Below, piece after piece: positions 22,304 through 34,584 of a DNA stretch of 64,000 bases. Source of the DNA: Synergistales bacterium (lineage in GTDB: Bacteria > Synergistota > Synergistia > Synergistales > JAFGMB01). The DNA lies in the NCBI GenBank assembly GCA_963666205.1, contig OY762654.1, positions 352,001 to 416,000 of the forward strand, read 5' to 3'. Both the position numbers and the translations under genes were made by a program. The notes beneath the pieces were generated by a model. That model saw only the letters and a program-made list of their open reading frames with translations. It did no database searches and was not told the origin of the DNA. Positions within the stretch are counted from its first letter, which is position 1. The number at the start of each line of letters is the position of its first letter.

Positions 22304-22558
22304 TTAATCTATCTTCTTTGCAAGACCGGCTACTGAGGCTCCCCTCGAAATAGCACAGGCTCTCCCAAGTACCTGCATTGATACTGCCTGCTCTATCTCG
22401 ATTTTCGATTCTACAGCGAGTTCAATCAAGGGTTCGATCTTGGACCGGTTTGCATCTTCTGCGATAAATAGTTTTATAATATTTCCATTTATCAATGCTT
22501 TCTTTACCTGACGCTCTCCAACAACCCTGTTTGGAACTGCGAGCTCGCTTAAAGGCAT
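22304..22558 (-). CDS. L7Ae/YbxF-family RNA-binding protein
   Basis: VVGERQVKKAL...LFIAEDA...SMQVLGRACAI; ATG 22558 after an AGGAGG SD; conserved position upstream of rpsL. Confidence 0.88.
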   Translation of the reverse strand: MPLSELAVPNRVVGERQVKKALINGNIIKLFIAEDANRSKIEPLIELAVESKIEIEQAVSMQVLGRACAISRGASVAGLAKKID

Positions 22559-22590
22559 AAGACACCCTCCTGTGCAAGTCGCACCGAGTG

Positions 22591-22620
22591 ATAATATCAA
22601 AATTTATTGGGAGATGTCAA
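22591..22620 (-). promoter_or_regulatory. Sigma70-type promoter for the L7Ae-rpsL superoperon
   Basis: Minus strand TTGACA (22620-22615), 18-nt spacer, TGa-TATTAT (22596-22591) extended -10. Confidence 0.7.
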
Positions 22621-22641
22621 GACTTCATCTTGACATCTCCC
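22609..22641 (-). terminator. Perfect inverted repeat after rpoC (terminator-like, weak U tract)
   Basis: GGGAGATGTCAAGA-5 nt-TCTTGACATCTCCC, a 14-bp stem 6 nt after the rpoC stop. Confidence 0.55.
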
Positions 22642-22647
22642 CTGGAA

Positions 22648-25600
22648 CTATAGCCTATCTTCTACTTCAGACTTCGATTCTTCTTCATCCTTTTGTACTT
22701 GGGAACTCTTCAGGACCAATTCGATGTCCTTAAATTCATCTACGCCAGTTCCTGCTGGAATAAGGTGACCGATGATAACGTTTTCCTTCAATCCTTCAAG
22801 GATATCTACATCACCCTTAACCGCTGCACCGGCAAGAATCTGTGCTGTCTGCTGGAAAGATGCAGCGCTCAGGAAACTGTCAGTAGCTAAAGCAGCTTTA
22901 GTAATTCCGTGTACAAAAGGTTGACATTTTGGGCCTTCCCGCAGTTTTCTTACAAAGGTTATTCTATGGATAAGTTCTTTTTCCTCTGAATGAGCATAAA
23001 TCGGTCTAACAACGAAATTTTCAGCTTCGGCTTTTACAAGTTCTTCCAGAACTACTCTGTTTACATCCTGGCCGGCTTCAGCAATTATTGTTCCAGCGGC
23101 ATCCATAACAGGGTCAAGAAGCACTTTGCCGTATACCATATCCGAGAGAAATTCACTGACCAGTTTATCCCTTGTAATAATCCCGTCATCAATTTCGATA
23201 GCGGTTATTTCTCCATCCATAATGCTCCGGACCACCCTCCCATCGACCATATGGGCAATATCCTGTACAGCATTGCCATCTCTGTCTATGGCCTGGGAAA
23301 GGGGTTTACCCCATATCTTGTCTATCAGCCTTTCCTGAAGGGCATCTGGAACATGGATCCTCTCTATGGTTTTCCAGATCCTAACAGACGAAACGTTGGC
23401 TATTTTAAGAAGATCTACAACATCCCCTGTTAAGAGCCTGTCTGACTTACCAATAATTTCTCCATCAACGATTATATCTTCAGCCAGATAGGCACTGTCA
23501 ATCAAAGCCTCCATTGCCTCTACATTACGGACATCGAGCGGTGTAGGCACATTCCCGGTTATTATGGCAAGCTGACCAAGAGTAAGAGGTTGACCTTTCT
23601 GAACTGTTTTTCCATCAGTTGAAATAAATTCTTCGATGAGTTCCATTCCCTCAAGTCTTTTCCGGAATGAAGCTTCTCCTATAACCACTGACAGTAAACC
23701 CTTTTCGTCCTCCACCTTGATTTCGTTAACACTGGCACCAGGTCGAAGAAGGGATCGTATTGCTTTATCATCAAGTTCTGAATCCTTCTCTAGAAGAGTA
23801 CCCTGTGTATTACGCTGCACTTTCATATCCTTGAGTATTCTTCCGGAGAAAGTCCCTACAGCCTCTCGTACATTTGCCTCGTTCTCTTCAAGGATATTCT
23901 GATTTTCCGTTTCTATATCCCTTGTCCAGACCAGTTCTCCTGCAACAAAGGAGGTATCTCCTTCCTCTGTAACCCGAAGCCTGTTAACTGGTGCAACTTT
24001 CCTTAGAATAACTTCAATATGTTTATTATTGATAGAAACACCCTGAGAACGATAAACACCCTGAATCTCGTCTACGAGCGAAGATTGTACTGCTTCGATC
24101 CCTTCGACTTCAAGAAGCTGCTGAGGATCGATATAACCCTCTGTAAGCTTCTGACTTCTTGAAACATCCTGGCCTTCCTCTACGAGAAGGTTCTGTGAAG
24201 AAGGGATGTTATAGGAGATCTTTTCATCAACACCTGATGTATCGGAATTTATTATTACTTTCCGCTTTCCTTCCATTTCCCTGATCTCAGTCACTTTTCC
24301 ATCAAGGCCAGCAAGATAAGCCACCTTTTTCGGACGTCGGACCTCAAAAAGCTGCTCAATACGTGGGAGACCCTGGGTTATATCTTCTCCAGTCAGCCTG
24401 ACTCCTCCAGTATGGAAGGTTCTCATGGTAAGCTGCGTTCCCGGTTCACCAATAGATTGTGCAGCCACTACACCCACAGCTTCTCCAATGGCAACTTCTT
24501 TCCTTGTGGCTAGATCCATGCCGTAACATTTCTGACAGATCCCATGACGAAGACCGCAAGTAAGAGGGCTGCGCACCCATACAAGCGATATCCCGGCATT
24601 TTCAATACGCTGTGCATCCACAACAGAAATGCAGTCACCTTTGCTTACGATGACTTCTCCAGTTTCAGGATGGATTATATCCTTAAGAACTGTCCTTCCA
24701 GCAAGACGTTCACTAATGGATATCATTACCTTGCCATCCTGGAGAAGGGGTTTGATACATACACCCTGATCTGTACAACAATCATGATCACGAACGATAA
24801 GGTCCTGAGCCACATCAACAAGTCTTCTAGTCAAGTACCCGGATTTTGCTGTCCTCAAGGCTGTATCTGCAAGTCCCTTTCTGGCTCCATGGGTTGAAAT
24901 AAAGTATTCAAGCATGTTCAGACCTTCCCGGAAATTGGCGGTGATAGGATAATCGATGATTCTTCCGGAAGGATCAGACATAAGTCCCCTGATACCAGCC
25001 ATCTGTGCTACCTGGCTTTTACTTCCCCTAGCTCCAGAATCAACCATCATTCGAACAGGATTTTCCTCGTCCATATTGGCGACGATATGATCCGCAATAT
25101 TCCTGGAAGCCTCAGACCACAATAGTTCTTTCTCCCTGAGATATTCATCTTCAGTAAGAATACCCATCCCGAACTGGTATTTGAGGTCATGCTCCCTCTC
25201 AAGGGTGTCATCCATGATAGCACCCTTCTGGGGTGGAATGATAATAGCGTTTACACCAAGGCTGATACCACTTTTAGTAGCCCAGTGATAGCCAAGTGAT
25301 TTTATTGCATCCAGCATTTCGACAATAGCAGTTCTGTCGATGAGATCATAAGCATGGTCAATAAGAGAACTCAAAGCTCTTTTTCCAAGCTGGGAATTAA
25401 TATATCTAAGTTTCGGGTGAATGACACTATTAAAAAGTACCCTTCCAGGTGAAGTCTTGATCCATTTAAGGGAAAGATCTCCGGTCCAGGATGGATCGCA
25501 TTTCAGATTAATTTCTGCATTTACGTGGACTACCCCATGATCAAGTGCAGTGAGTGCATCATTAATATCACTAAAATATTTTCCTTCACCCTTTAGCCCA

Positions 25601-27648
25601 GATCTGAGAGATGTCAGGTAATAAATACCAAGAACTATATCTTGTGTCGGGGTAACTATAGGTTTTCCACTGGCTGGGGAAAGGATGTTATTGGCAGAAA
25701 GCATAAGCATACGGGCTTCAGACTGAGCCTCCAGCGAGAGAGGTACATGGACTGCCATCTGGTCACCATCAAAATCAGCGTTAAAAGCAGTACACACCAT
25801 TGGGTGAAGTCTTATAGCTTTGCCTTCCATCAAAACAGGCTCAAAAGCCTGAATACCTAGTCTATGGAGAGTTGGAGCCCTGTTGAGAAGTACCGGATGG
25901 TCTTTTATAATCTCTTCAAGAATTCCCCAGATCTCTTCTCTTCCTCGCTCTATAAGTCGTTTCGCACTTTTCACGTTGGGAGCCAGACCCCGCTCAACAA
26001 GCTGCCTTATAACAAAGGGTTTGAATAGCTCCAGTGCCATCTGCTTGGGAAGTCCGCACTGATAGATCTTTAATTCAGGACCAATAACGATTACTGAACG
26101 GCCTGAATAATCTACACGCTTTCCTAGAAGATTCTGCCTGAACCTGCCTTTTTTCCCTCGAAGAAGATCCGTAAGGCTCTTGAGGGGCCTGTTTCCTGCA
26201 CCGAGAACAGCTTTGCCCATTCTACCATTGTCAATAAGAGCATCAACGGACTCCTGAAGCATACGCTTCTCGTTACGAATTATGATCTCCGGAGCTCGAA
26301 GCTCCTGGAGTTTCCGAAGTCTGTTATTCCTGTTTATAACCCTTCTGTACAGGTCGTTCAAATCTGATGTTGCAAAGCGACCACCATCAAGCTGCACCAT
26401 AGGTCTGAGGTCAGGCGGAATGACAGGCAGCACCTCAAGGACCATACTTCGTGGAGAAAAACTGCTTTTGCGGAAGTCTTCGGCAACCTGTAGCCGTTTG
26501 ATCAGTTTTCTTTTTTTCTGACCTGTTGTTTCAGAAAGCTCTTCCCTCAAGGAAGATGCAAGGAGGTCAAGATCAATGTCATCAAGAAGAAGTTGGACGC
26601 CTTCGGCCCCTATTCCAGCCTTGAATCTTTTGTCATAAGCAGAACAAATATAATGCTCACGTTCAAGAATTATACTTGCCTGCTCGAAGGATGAATTTCC
26701 TTCGTCTATAACAATATAACAAGGATCCTCGATGGTTATGGTTTCTAACTGGGCCATAAAACGTCCAGGATATTTCTGGTGAAATAGCTGAAATTCACTT
26801 GTAGAAACAATATCTCCCTTTGCAAAGGGAAGATGAGCAACAGCAGTTACAATAAAGGCTTCCTGTTTCCCGACGAGAGCCCTTTCAACTTCAACAGTCA
26901 TGCCAAGATCCCGAAATCTCTCATATTCCATTTGAGAGATCACATCGTTCTCATTGTAGTTAAGATTCTCAGGAGCAGAAAGGATTCTGAAAGCAGGCTC
27001 AGCCTTAAAAACACTGTCTCCATAATCAGCCTTCATGCGTGACATCTGATTGGCAGAGAGAAGATCACCTTCGTTCATCGGAATGTCATCTACAGTAACT
27101 ATCCGGTAAGCTTCTTCGGCCTTGACCTTAGGATCATAGTGACTATGGATCTTAACCTCGCATTCAGAGATCACATCTCCTCTTTTGAGAAGATCTGCTC
27201 TCCGTCCGTCCATAACCACCTTGTAAGCGACTTCCCTTCTCCTTGTCGGAGCAAAATAAACGACCTTTTCAAGATCCCGGGTACTAGTTCCAAGAAGGAG
27301 ACTAAGCCTGCTGGGTATTCCCCTCAGGTACCAGATGTGAACAACAGGAGCTGCGAGTTCAATATGGCCCATACGTTCCCTTCTGACCCTGTTGTCTGTA
27401 ACTTCAACTCCACAACGATCACAGACCACACCTTTGAACTTGGGACCGCTTCTCTTGTATTTACCACAGGAACACTCGTAACTCTTGGTTGGACCAAATA
27501 TGCGTTCACAAAAAAGACCATCTTTTTCGGGTCTCAGAGTACGGTAATTGATGGTTTCCGGTTTTTTTACCTCACCACTTGAGAGCTCCCTTATCCTTTC
27601 AGGACTGGCAAGTTTTATCCTTACACCCGTAATTTCGCGCCTGGCCAT
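22648..27648 (-). CDS. rpoC: RNA polymerase beta' subunit (1666 aa, two large insertions)
   Basis: [22 protein letters not shown] catalytic motif, [22 protein letters not shown]. Confidence 0.99.
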   Translation of the reverse strand: MARREITGVRIKLASPERIRELSSGEVKKPETINYRTLRPEKDGLFCERIFGPTKSYECSCGKYKRSGPKFKGVVCDRCGVEVTDNRVRRERMGHIELAAPVVHIWYLRGIPSRLSLLLGTSTRDLEKVVYFAPTRRREVAYKVVMDGRRADLLKRGDVISECEVKIHSHYDPKVKAEEAYRIVTVDDIPMNEGDLLSANQMSRMKADYGDSVFKAEPAFRILSAPENLNYNENDVISQMEYERFRDLGMTVEVERALVGKQEAFIVTAVAHLPFAKGDIVSTSEFQLFHQKYPGRFMAQLETITIEDPCYIVIDEGNSSFEQASIILEREHYICSAYDKRFKAGIGAEGVQLLLDDIDLDLLASSLREELSETTGQKKRKLIKRLQVAEDFRKSSFSPRSMVLEVLPVIPPDLRPMVQLDGGRFATSDLNDLYRRVINRNNRLRKLQELRAPEIIIRNEKRMLQESVDALIDNGRMGKAVLGAGNRPLKSLTDLLRGKKGRFRQNLLGKRVDYSGRSVIVIGPELKIYQCGLPKQMALELFKPFVIRQLVERGLAPNVKSAKRLIERGREEIWGILEEIIKDHPVLLNRAPTLHRLGIQAFEPVLMEGKAIRLHPMVCTAFNADFDGDQMAVHVPLSLEAQSEARMLMLSANNILSPASGKPIVTPTQDIVLGIYYLTSLRSGLKGEGKYFSDINDALTALDHGVVHVNAEINLKCDPSWTGDLSLKWIKTSPGRVLFNSVIHPKLRYINSQLGKRALSSLIDHAYDLIDRTAIVEMLDAIKSLGYHWATKSGISLGVNAIIIPPQKGAIMDDTLEREHDLKYQFGMGILTEDEYLREKELLWSEASRNIADHIVANMDEENPVRMMVDSGARGSKSQVAQMAGIRGLMSDPSGRIIDYPITANFREGLNMLEYFISTHGARKGLADTALRTAKSGYLTRRLVDVAQDLIVRDHDCCTDQGVCIKPLLQDGKVMISISERLAGRTVLKDIIHPETGEVIVSKGDCISVVDAQRIENAGISLVWVRSPLTCGLRHGICQKCYGMDLATRKEVAIGEAVGVVAAQSIGEPGTQLTMRTFHTGGVRLTGEDITQGLPRIEQLFEVRRPKKVAYLAGLDGKVTEIREMEGKRKVIINSDTSGVDEKISYNIPSSQNLLVEEGQDVSRSQKLTEGYIDPQQLLEVEGIEAVQSSLVDEIQGVYRSQGVSINNKHIEVILRKVAPVNRLRVTEEGDTSFVAGELVWTRDIETENQNILEENEANVREAVGTFSGRILKDMKVQRNTQGTLLEKDSELDDKAIRSLLRPGASVNEIKVEDEKGLLSVVIGEASFRKRLEGMELIEEFISTDGKTVQKGQPLTLGQLAIITGNVPTPLDVRNVEAMEALIDSAYLAEDIIVDGEIIGKSDRLLTGDVVDLLKIANVSSVRIWKTIERIHVPDALQERLIDKIWGKPLSQAIDRDGNAVQDIAHMVDGRVVRSIMDGEITAIEIDDGIITRDKLVSEFLSDMVYGKVLLDPVMDAAGTIIAEAGQDVNRVVLEELVKAEAENFVVRPIYAHSEEKELIHRITFVRKLREGPKCQPFVHGITKAALATDSFLSAASFQQTAQILAGAAVKGDVDILEGLKENVIIGHLIPAGTGVDEFKDIELVLKSSQVQKDEEESKSEVEDRL

Positions 27649-30600
27649 CTAGTTTTCAGCCCCCTTCGGGTCATCATCGGAATATCCTGCATCATTTGAA
27701 GGACTGCCAAATATCATTTCCGCAGTCACAGATGGTACATTTTTCTTATCATCCCTGGAAACAATCTTATTTTTTTCCATATTGAGGGAAGGTTTGCTAA
27801 TTCCCATGATCTCTTCTTCATCTTCAATGACAAGTTCTCCTGAAGATCCGTCACTGTAATTGATTTCCACATCGAGACCCAGACCCTGAAGTTCTTTAAC
27901 AAGGACTCTGAAGCTTTCAGGAACACCAGGCTTTGAAAGATTCTGCCCTTTTACAATTCTCTCATAGGTCTTTAATCTGCCTCTGATGTCATCCGATTTA
28001 ACTGTAAGCATTTCCTGCAGGATATTGGCAGCGCCATAACCTTCAAGTGCCCAGACTTCCATTTCCCCAAAACGCTGACCACCAAACTGGGCTTTGCCCC
28101 CCAGAGGCTGTTGTGTTATCAGACTGTATGGACCGATGGACCTGGCATGGATCTTGTCATCCACAAGATGTATAAGTTTAAGCATGTACATACACCCAAC
28201 GCTTACCTTATGCTCCATTTGTTCACCTGTCCGGCCGTCAAAAAGAGTGATCATCCCATCTGAGGTAAGATCCGGATACATTTTGTCCCTTAAATCCTCC
28301 AGCAGATCAAATATTTCCTGTTCTTTTGCTCCCTCAAATACAGGGGTCGCAACAAACCAGTCATTCTTGAGAGCAGCAAATCCCATTATTGTTTCAAGAA
28401 CCTGCCCCAGGTTCATTCGGCTTGGGACTCCCAGAGGATTAAGAACCACATCCACAGGCGTACCATCTGGAAGATAGGGCATGTCCTCAACAGGAAGAAT
28501 TCTTGAAACAACACCCTTGTTCCCATGTCTCCCCGCCATTTTGTCCCCTACCGTTATTTTCCTTAACTGGGCAACATAGATTTTTACAACCTTGTTAACC
28601 CCTGGACTTAGGGCATCACCATTTTCAGACCTCGTAAGAGTTTTAACTGCAACTATCTTCCCTCTTGCCCCGTGAGGAACCCTTAATGAAGTATCCCTTA
28701 CTTCTCTGGCTTTTTCACCGAAAATAGCCCTTAAAAGCTTTTCTTCCGGGGTCTGGTCAGATTCTCCCTTAGGAGTAACCTTTCCTACAAGTATGTCTCC
28801 TGCATTCACTTCTGCACCGGTCCTGACAATCCCATCTTCGTCAAGGTTCTTAAGAACATCTTCCCCCACGTTGGGTATATCCCTTGTTATTTCTTCAGGA
28901 CCAAGTTTTGTATCTCTGGCTTCGACTTCATACTCTTCAATGTGAATAGAAGAATAGAGGTCCTCTTTTACAAGCCTTTCGCTCAGAAGGATAGCATCTT
29001 CGAAGTTGTATCCTTCCCATGACATAAAGGCTATAAGTACATTTCGTCCTAAAGCAAGCTCTCCACTGTCGACGGACTGGCCATCAATTATTATTTCCCC
29101 TGCTCGAATCGAGTCACCTTTGGAAACAATTGGCCTCTGATGTATTATAGTTCCCTGGTTAGACCTCCGGAATTTAACCATTTCATAGACGTCTGTTCCC
29201 TGATTTGTTCGTACTTCGATCTTATTAGCATCCACATATTCTATGATCCCCTCTCGCCGGGCAACAACACAAGAACCGGAATCCTTGGCGATTCTGTGTT
29301 CAATACCCGTCCCTACCCTCGGTGCTTCTGGAAGGATCAGAGGAACTGCCTGCCTCTGCATGTTAGATCCCATAAGAGCTCGATTGGCATCATCATGCTC
29401 AAGAAAGGGGATGAGGGCAGTTGATGCTGACACTATCTGTTTTGGAGAAACGTCGAGAAATTGAACCTGTTCCCGGAGTACTGTACTGATAGCACCCCGA
29501 TGTCTTACATGACACTCCTCTTCCAGAAGTCGACCCTGCTCATCAAGTGGAGTATTAGCACGACCAACAAGGAATTCATCTTCCTCATCAGCGGCAAGGT
29601 AGAAGATCTTGTCCTGCACGACACCATTTTCAACCTTTCTTCTTGGTGTCATCAGGAAACCATATTCATTTATCCTTGCATAAGTAGCAAGAGACGTAAC
29701 AAGTCCTATATTCGGCCCTTCAGGAGTTTCGATAGGACAAACCCGTCCATAATGGGTGTAATGAACGTCTCTGGCTTCAAATCCTGCCCTTTCACGGCTC
29801 AGGCCACCTGGTCCAAGGGCGGATAGACGCCTTCTATGGGTAATCTCAGCAAGGGGGTTCGTCTGATCCATGAACTGGGAAAGCTGGCCAGAACCAAAGA
29901 ATTCTCTCAAGGCTGCAGCTATAGGTCTGACATTAATAAGATCTCTTGCCATAGCTGATTCCAGATCCGGGATAGTGGTCATCCGTTCTTTAGCGATCCT
30001 CTCCATTCGCAGGAGTCCTATACGGATCTGGTTCTGAAGCAGTTCCCCCACAGAACGAACTCTCCTGTTGCCAAGATGGTCAATGTCATCGACCCTATCT
30101 TCTCCGTTTCGTAGAGCGAGGACTCCATTTATAATACTGGTAATATCATCAATGGTAAGGAGGCGGTTCGTTTCTGAGATGTCTAGTCCAAGTCGGCGAT
30201 TCAGTTTATAGCGTCCGACTCTGCCCAGATTATATCTTCTTGTATCAAAGAAAAGCCCAAAGACATATTCCCTTGCATTTTCAATTCTTGCTGGTTCATT
30301 GGGTCTGAGTTTTCTGAATAGCTCCATTACTGCATCGTCGGAAGTAGAAGTTGAATCTCTTTCGAGTGTAGAAGCAAGGGCTGGGTCAACTTCCCAGACA
30401 GGGATTTTTGTCCTGCCCTGATCCCACAGAATCTCAAGATGCTCTTTGGTAAGCCTGTCATTTTTTCTGATCAGTACAGATCCTTCCGGATCAAGAACAG
30501 AAGTAGCTATAAGCTTTCCTTTAACTTCATCTTCAGCAATTTCCATTTCAACCTGTTTTGCACCGAAGATCTCCAGAATACCGTCATTATCAGGAATTCC

Positions 30601-31224
30601 AAATGCTTTCATAAGGACTGTAGCTGGCAATTTCTTTCTGTTATCAATATTTACAGACAGTACATCTCCTGGCGTAAGACTGAATTCAAGCCAGGCTCCC
30701 CTGTCAGGTATAATTTTTGCTGCATATGTTTCTTGTCCTGGTATTCCCATTTCAGCTGAAAAGTATACTCCTGCTGAACGGGCAAGCTGGTTCACCACAA
30801 CTCTTTCCGTACCATTAATAATAAAAGTACCCCGGTCTGTCATTACGGGGAAATCACCAAGAAAAATCTCCTCTTCCTTGATTTCTTTCGTTTTTCTGTT
30901 GACAAGACGAATTGTGGCTTTGATAGGCTTGGACCATGTCAGATCACGCTGCCTTGCTTCTTCGATATCCACTTTGGATGCTTCCAGAAAATAGCGGACG
31001 AACTCAAGAGCAAAAGAACCATCATAGCTCTCTACCGGAAACACTTCGTCAAGCAATTCCTGAAGACCGTGTTTCACTCGAAGTTCAGGGTCTACGTTCT
31101 CCTGGTAGAAGGATTCATAGGAACTTCTCTGGATCTCAATCATGTCAGGAATTTCTACAAGATCCCTGACACGTCCGAAAGTCAACCTCTGCCGCTGTCT
31201 GCCGACGGGAACGAATTCGGCCAT
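27649..31224 (-). CDS. rpoB: RNA polymerase beta subunit
   Basis: [33 protein letters not shown]. Confidence 0.99.
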   Translation of the reverse strand: MAEFVPVGRQRQRLTFGRVRDLVEIPDMIEIQRSSYESFYQENVDPELRVKHGLQELLDEVFPVESYDGSFALEFVRYFLEASKVDIEEARQRDLTWSKPIKATIRLVNRKTKEIKEEEIFLGDFPVMTDRGTFIINGTERVVVNQLARSAGVYFSAEMGIPGQETYAAKIIPDRGAWLEFSLTPGDVLSVNIDNRKKLPATVLMKAFGIPDNDGILEIFGAKQVEMEIAEDEVKGKLIATSVLDPEGSVLIRKNDRLTKEHLEILWDQGRTKIPVWEVDPALASTLERDSTSTSDDAVMELFRKLRPNEPARIENAREYVFGLFFDTRRYNLGRVGRYKLNRRLGLDISETNRLLTIDDITSIINGVLALRNGEDRVDDIDHLGNRRVRSVGELLQNQIRIGLLRMERIAKERMTTIPDLESAMARDLINVRPIAAALREFFGSGQLSQFMDQTNPLAEITHRRRLSALGPGGLSRERAGFEARDVHYTHYGRVCPIETPEGPNIGLVTSLATYARINEYGFLMTPRRKVENGVVQDKIFYLAADEEDEFLVGRANTPLDEQGRLLEEECHVRHRGAISTVLREQVQFLDVSPKQIVSASTALIPFLEHDDANRALMGSNMQRQAVPLILPEAPRVGTGIEHRIAKDSGSCVVARREGIIEYVDANKIEVRTNQGTDVYEMVKFRRSNQGTIIHQRPIVSKGDSIRAGEIIIDGQSVDSGELALGRNVLIAFMSWEGYNFEDAILLSERLVKEDLYSSIHIEEYEVEARDTKLGPEEITRDIPNVGEDVLKNLDEDGIVRTGAEVNAGDILVGKVTPKGESDQTPEEKLLRAIFGEKAREVRDTSLRVPHGARGKIVAVKTLTRSENGDALSPGVNKVVKIYVAQLRKITVGDKMAGRHGNKGVVSRILPVEDMPYLPDGTPVDVVLNPLGVPSRMNLGQVLETIMGFAALKNDWFVATPVFEGAKEQEIFDLLEDLRDKMYPDLTSDGMITLFDGRTGEQMEHKVSVGCMYMLKLIHLVDDKIHARSIGPYSLITQQPLGGKAQFGGQRFGEMEVWALEGYGAANILQEMLTVKSDDIRGRLKTYERIVKGQNLSKPGVPESFRVLVKELQGLGLDVEINYSDGSSGELVIEDEEEIMGISKPSLNMEKNKIVSRDDKKNVPSVTAEMIFGSPSNDAGYSDDDPKGAEN

Positions 31225-31282
31225 AAGTCTTTTGACCTCCCTGTTAGTCTAAAATAAGGGGAACAGAACACTGCGAAACTTA

Positions 31283-31311
31283 AAGATAACAAAAAGGGTG
31301 CATCATGTCAA
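31283..31311 (-). promoter_or_regulatory. Sigma70-type promoter for rpoBC
   Basis: Minus strand TTGACA (31311-31306), 17-nt spacer, TGt-TATCTT (31288-31283) extended -10, about 60 nt upstream of the rpoB ATG. Confidence 0.65.
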
Positions 31312-31336
31312 TGACATGACACAACCCCATTGTTAT
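31286..31336 (-). terminator. Intrinsic terminator-like hairpin downstream of tRNA-Leu
   Basis: GGGTTGTGTCATGTC-ATT-GACATGATGCACCC followed by TTTTTGTT; G.U pairs fit the minus-strand RNA. Confidence 0.65.
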
Positions 31337-31377
31337 GCATTTCGTTTAGCACAAGCAATATAATCTGGCCTTCAATA

Positions 31378-31465
31378 TGGTGCCGAAGCGGGGACTCGAA
31401 CCCCGACAGGCAAAATGCCCACTAGAACCTGAATCTAGCGCGTCTACCAATTCCGCCACCCCGGC
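31378..31465 (-). tRNA. tRNA-Leu(CAG), CCA encoded
   Basis: Manual fold: acceptor GCCGGGG/CTTCGGC, anticodon arm CTAGA-TTCAGGT-TCTAG, long variable arm GGGCA-TTT-TGCCT, T arm CGGGG-TTCGAGT-CCCCG, ACCA end. Confidence 0.95.
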
Positions 31466-31485
31466 ACATTTTAAGCACAGCGACA

Positions 31486-31514
31486 ATTTTAGCAAGGCCA
31501 GTCGAGTTTGACAA
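31486..31514 (-). promoter_or_regulatory. Sigma70-type promoter for tRNA-Leu
   Basis: TTGTCA (31514-31509), 17 nt, TGc-TAAAAT (31491-31486). Confidence 0.7.
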
Positions 31515-31605
31515 GCCTACACCTTAAATATTTTCTGATTGTAAGAGTTGCACAGAAGTAAAAGATAGCTCCAGAATAATTCTGTAAGGATAGGAAAACG
31601 ATGAT

Positions 31606-33701
<2,096 letters not shown>

Positions 33702-34487
33702 TTACTCTCCACCCCATTTAAAGACCCTGCAGGAATTATTCCACACAGTATCTACAAAGTTTTCCAGATCCATATTCCGTAGCTGGGCAATAAACTGAAA
33801 GATATATACGACAAAGGATGGTTCGTTCACCTTACCTCTCTTGAATTGAGGTGCCAGATACGGGGAATCTGTTTCACAGAGCAATTTTTCCATGGGAACC
33901 CTGCATGCTATCTCTTGAAGATCCTTGTTTTTTGGATAGGTGACCGGACCGGCAAAGGAAATATAGAACCCAAGGTCAAGAACTTTAACAGCGTCATCCC
34001 ATGACCCTGAAAAACAGTGTATTATTCCGCCACAATCCTCGGCTTTCTCTGTTGTAAGGATATCAATCGCATCATCAAAGGACTCACGAATATGTACAAT
34101 TAGCGGTTTACCTACCCGTTTTGCAAGATCTATATGCCATGCCAGAGAATCTCGCTGTTGAGATCTTGGAGAAAGGTCATAGTGGTAGTCCAGACCTGTT
34201 TCTCCTATGGCACGGACACAGGATTCATGAGAAAGTGAAACCAGAACCTCAGGTATGCCACCCGGGATAGAACTGCTGTCATGGGGATGAACTCCTACCG
34301 CGGCATACAGACCTGAAGAAGTAAAGTGCTTTGAAAGATTCACAGCCTTGATACTGCTATCAATATCTGCACCAACGATCATAATTCTTGTAATATTCTG
34401 ATCGTTAGCTCTCTGGAGGATATTTTCCAGATCCTTTTCCATTTCTTCCGAATTCAGGTGACAGTGTGTATCGACAAGATTTAACAT
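33702..34487 (-). CDS. tatD: TatD family hydrolase/DNase
   Basis: DTHCHL, GVHPH, IGETGLDY, HCFSG, ETDSPYLAP. Confidence 0.94.
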   Translation of the reverse strand: MLNLVDTHCHLNSEEMEKDLENILQRANDQNITRIMIVGADIDSSIKAVNLSKHFTSSGLYAAVGVHPHDSSSIPGGIPEVLVSLSHESCVRAIGETGLDYHYDLSPRSQQRDSLAWHIDLAKRVGKPLIVHIRESFDDAIDILTTEKAEDCGGIIHCFSGSWDDAVKVLDLGFYISFAGPVTYPKNKDLQEIACRVPMEKLLCETDSPYLAPQFKRGKVNEPSFVVYIFQFIAQLRNMDLENFVDTVWNNSCRVFKWGGE

Positions 34488-34510
34488 TAAGAGTACTCCT
34501 TTACTCTATA

Positions 34511-34547
34511 AACCTATAGGGCTTCCTCAGAGGAAGCCCTATAGGTT
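34511..34547. terminator. Perfect 17-bp inverted repeat between metG and tatD
   Basis: AACCTATAGGGCTTCCT-CAG-AGGAAGCCCTATAGGTT. Confidence 0.6.
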
Positions 34548-34584
34548 ATATATTTTATCCTTGCCTCAGGTTCCAGAAAATTAT

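Noticed and set aside
22630..22660. Plus-strand TTGACA as an antisense promoter into rpoC
   Set aside because: No acceptable -10 at 16-18 nt spacing.
29780..29900. Rifampicin-resistance substitutions in RpoB cluster I
   Set aside because: Q, D, H and S at the key positions are wild type ([22 protein letters not shown]).
30393..30525. Single BBM2-like module in RpoB
   Set aside because: Insertions of this module in this part of beta are already known; used only as support for the RpoC array.
31225..31377. Integrated element at the tRNA 3' end
   Set aside because: Only about 150 nt to rpoB; no integrase or duplicated att seen in the window.
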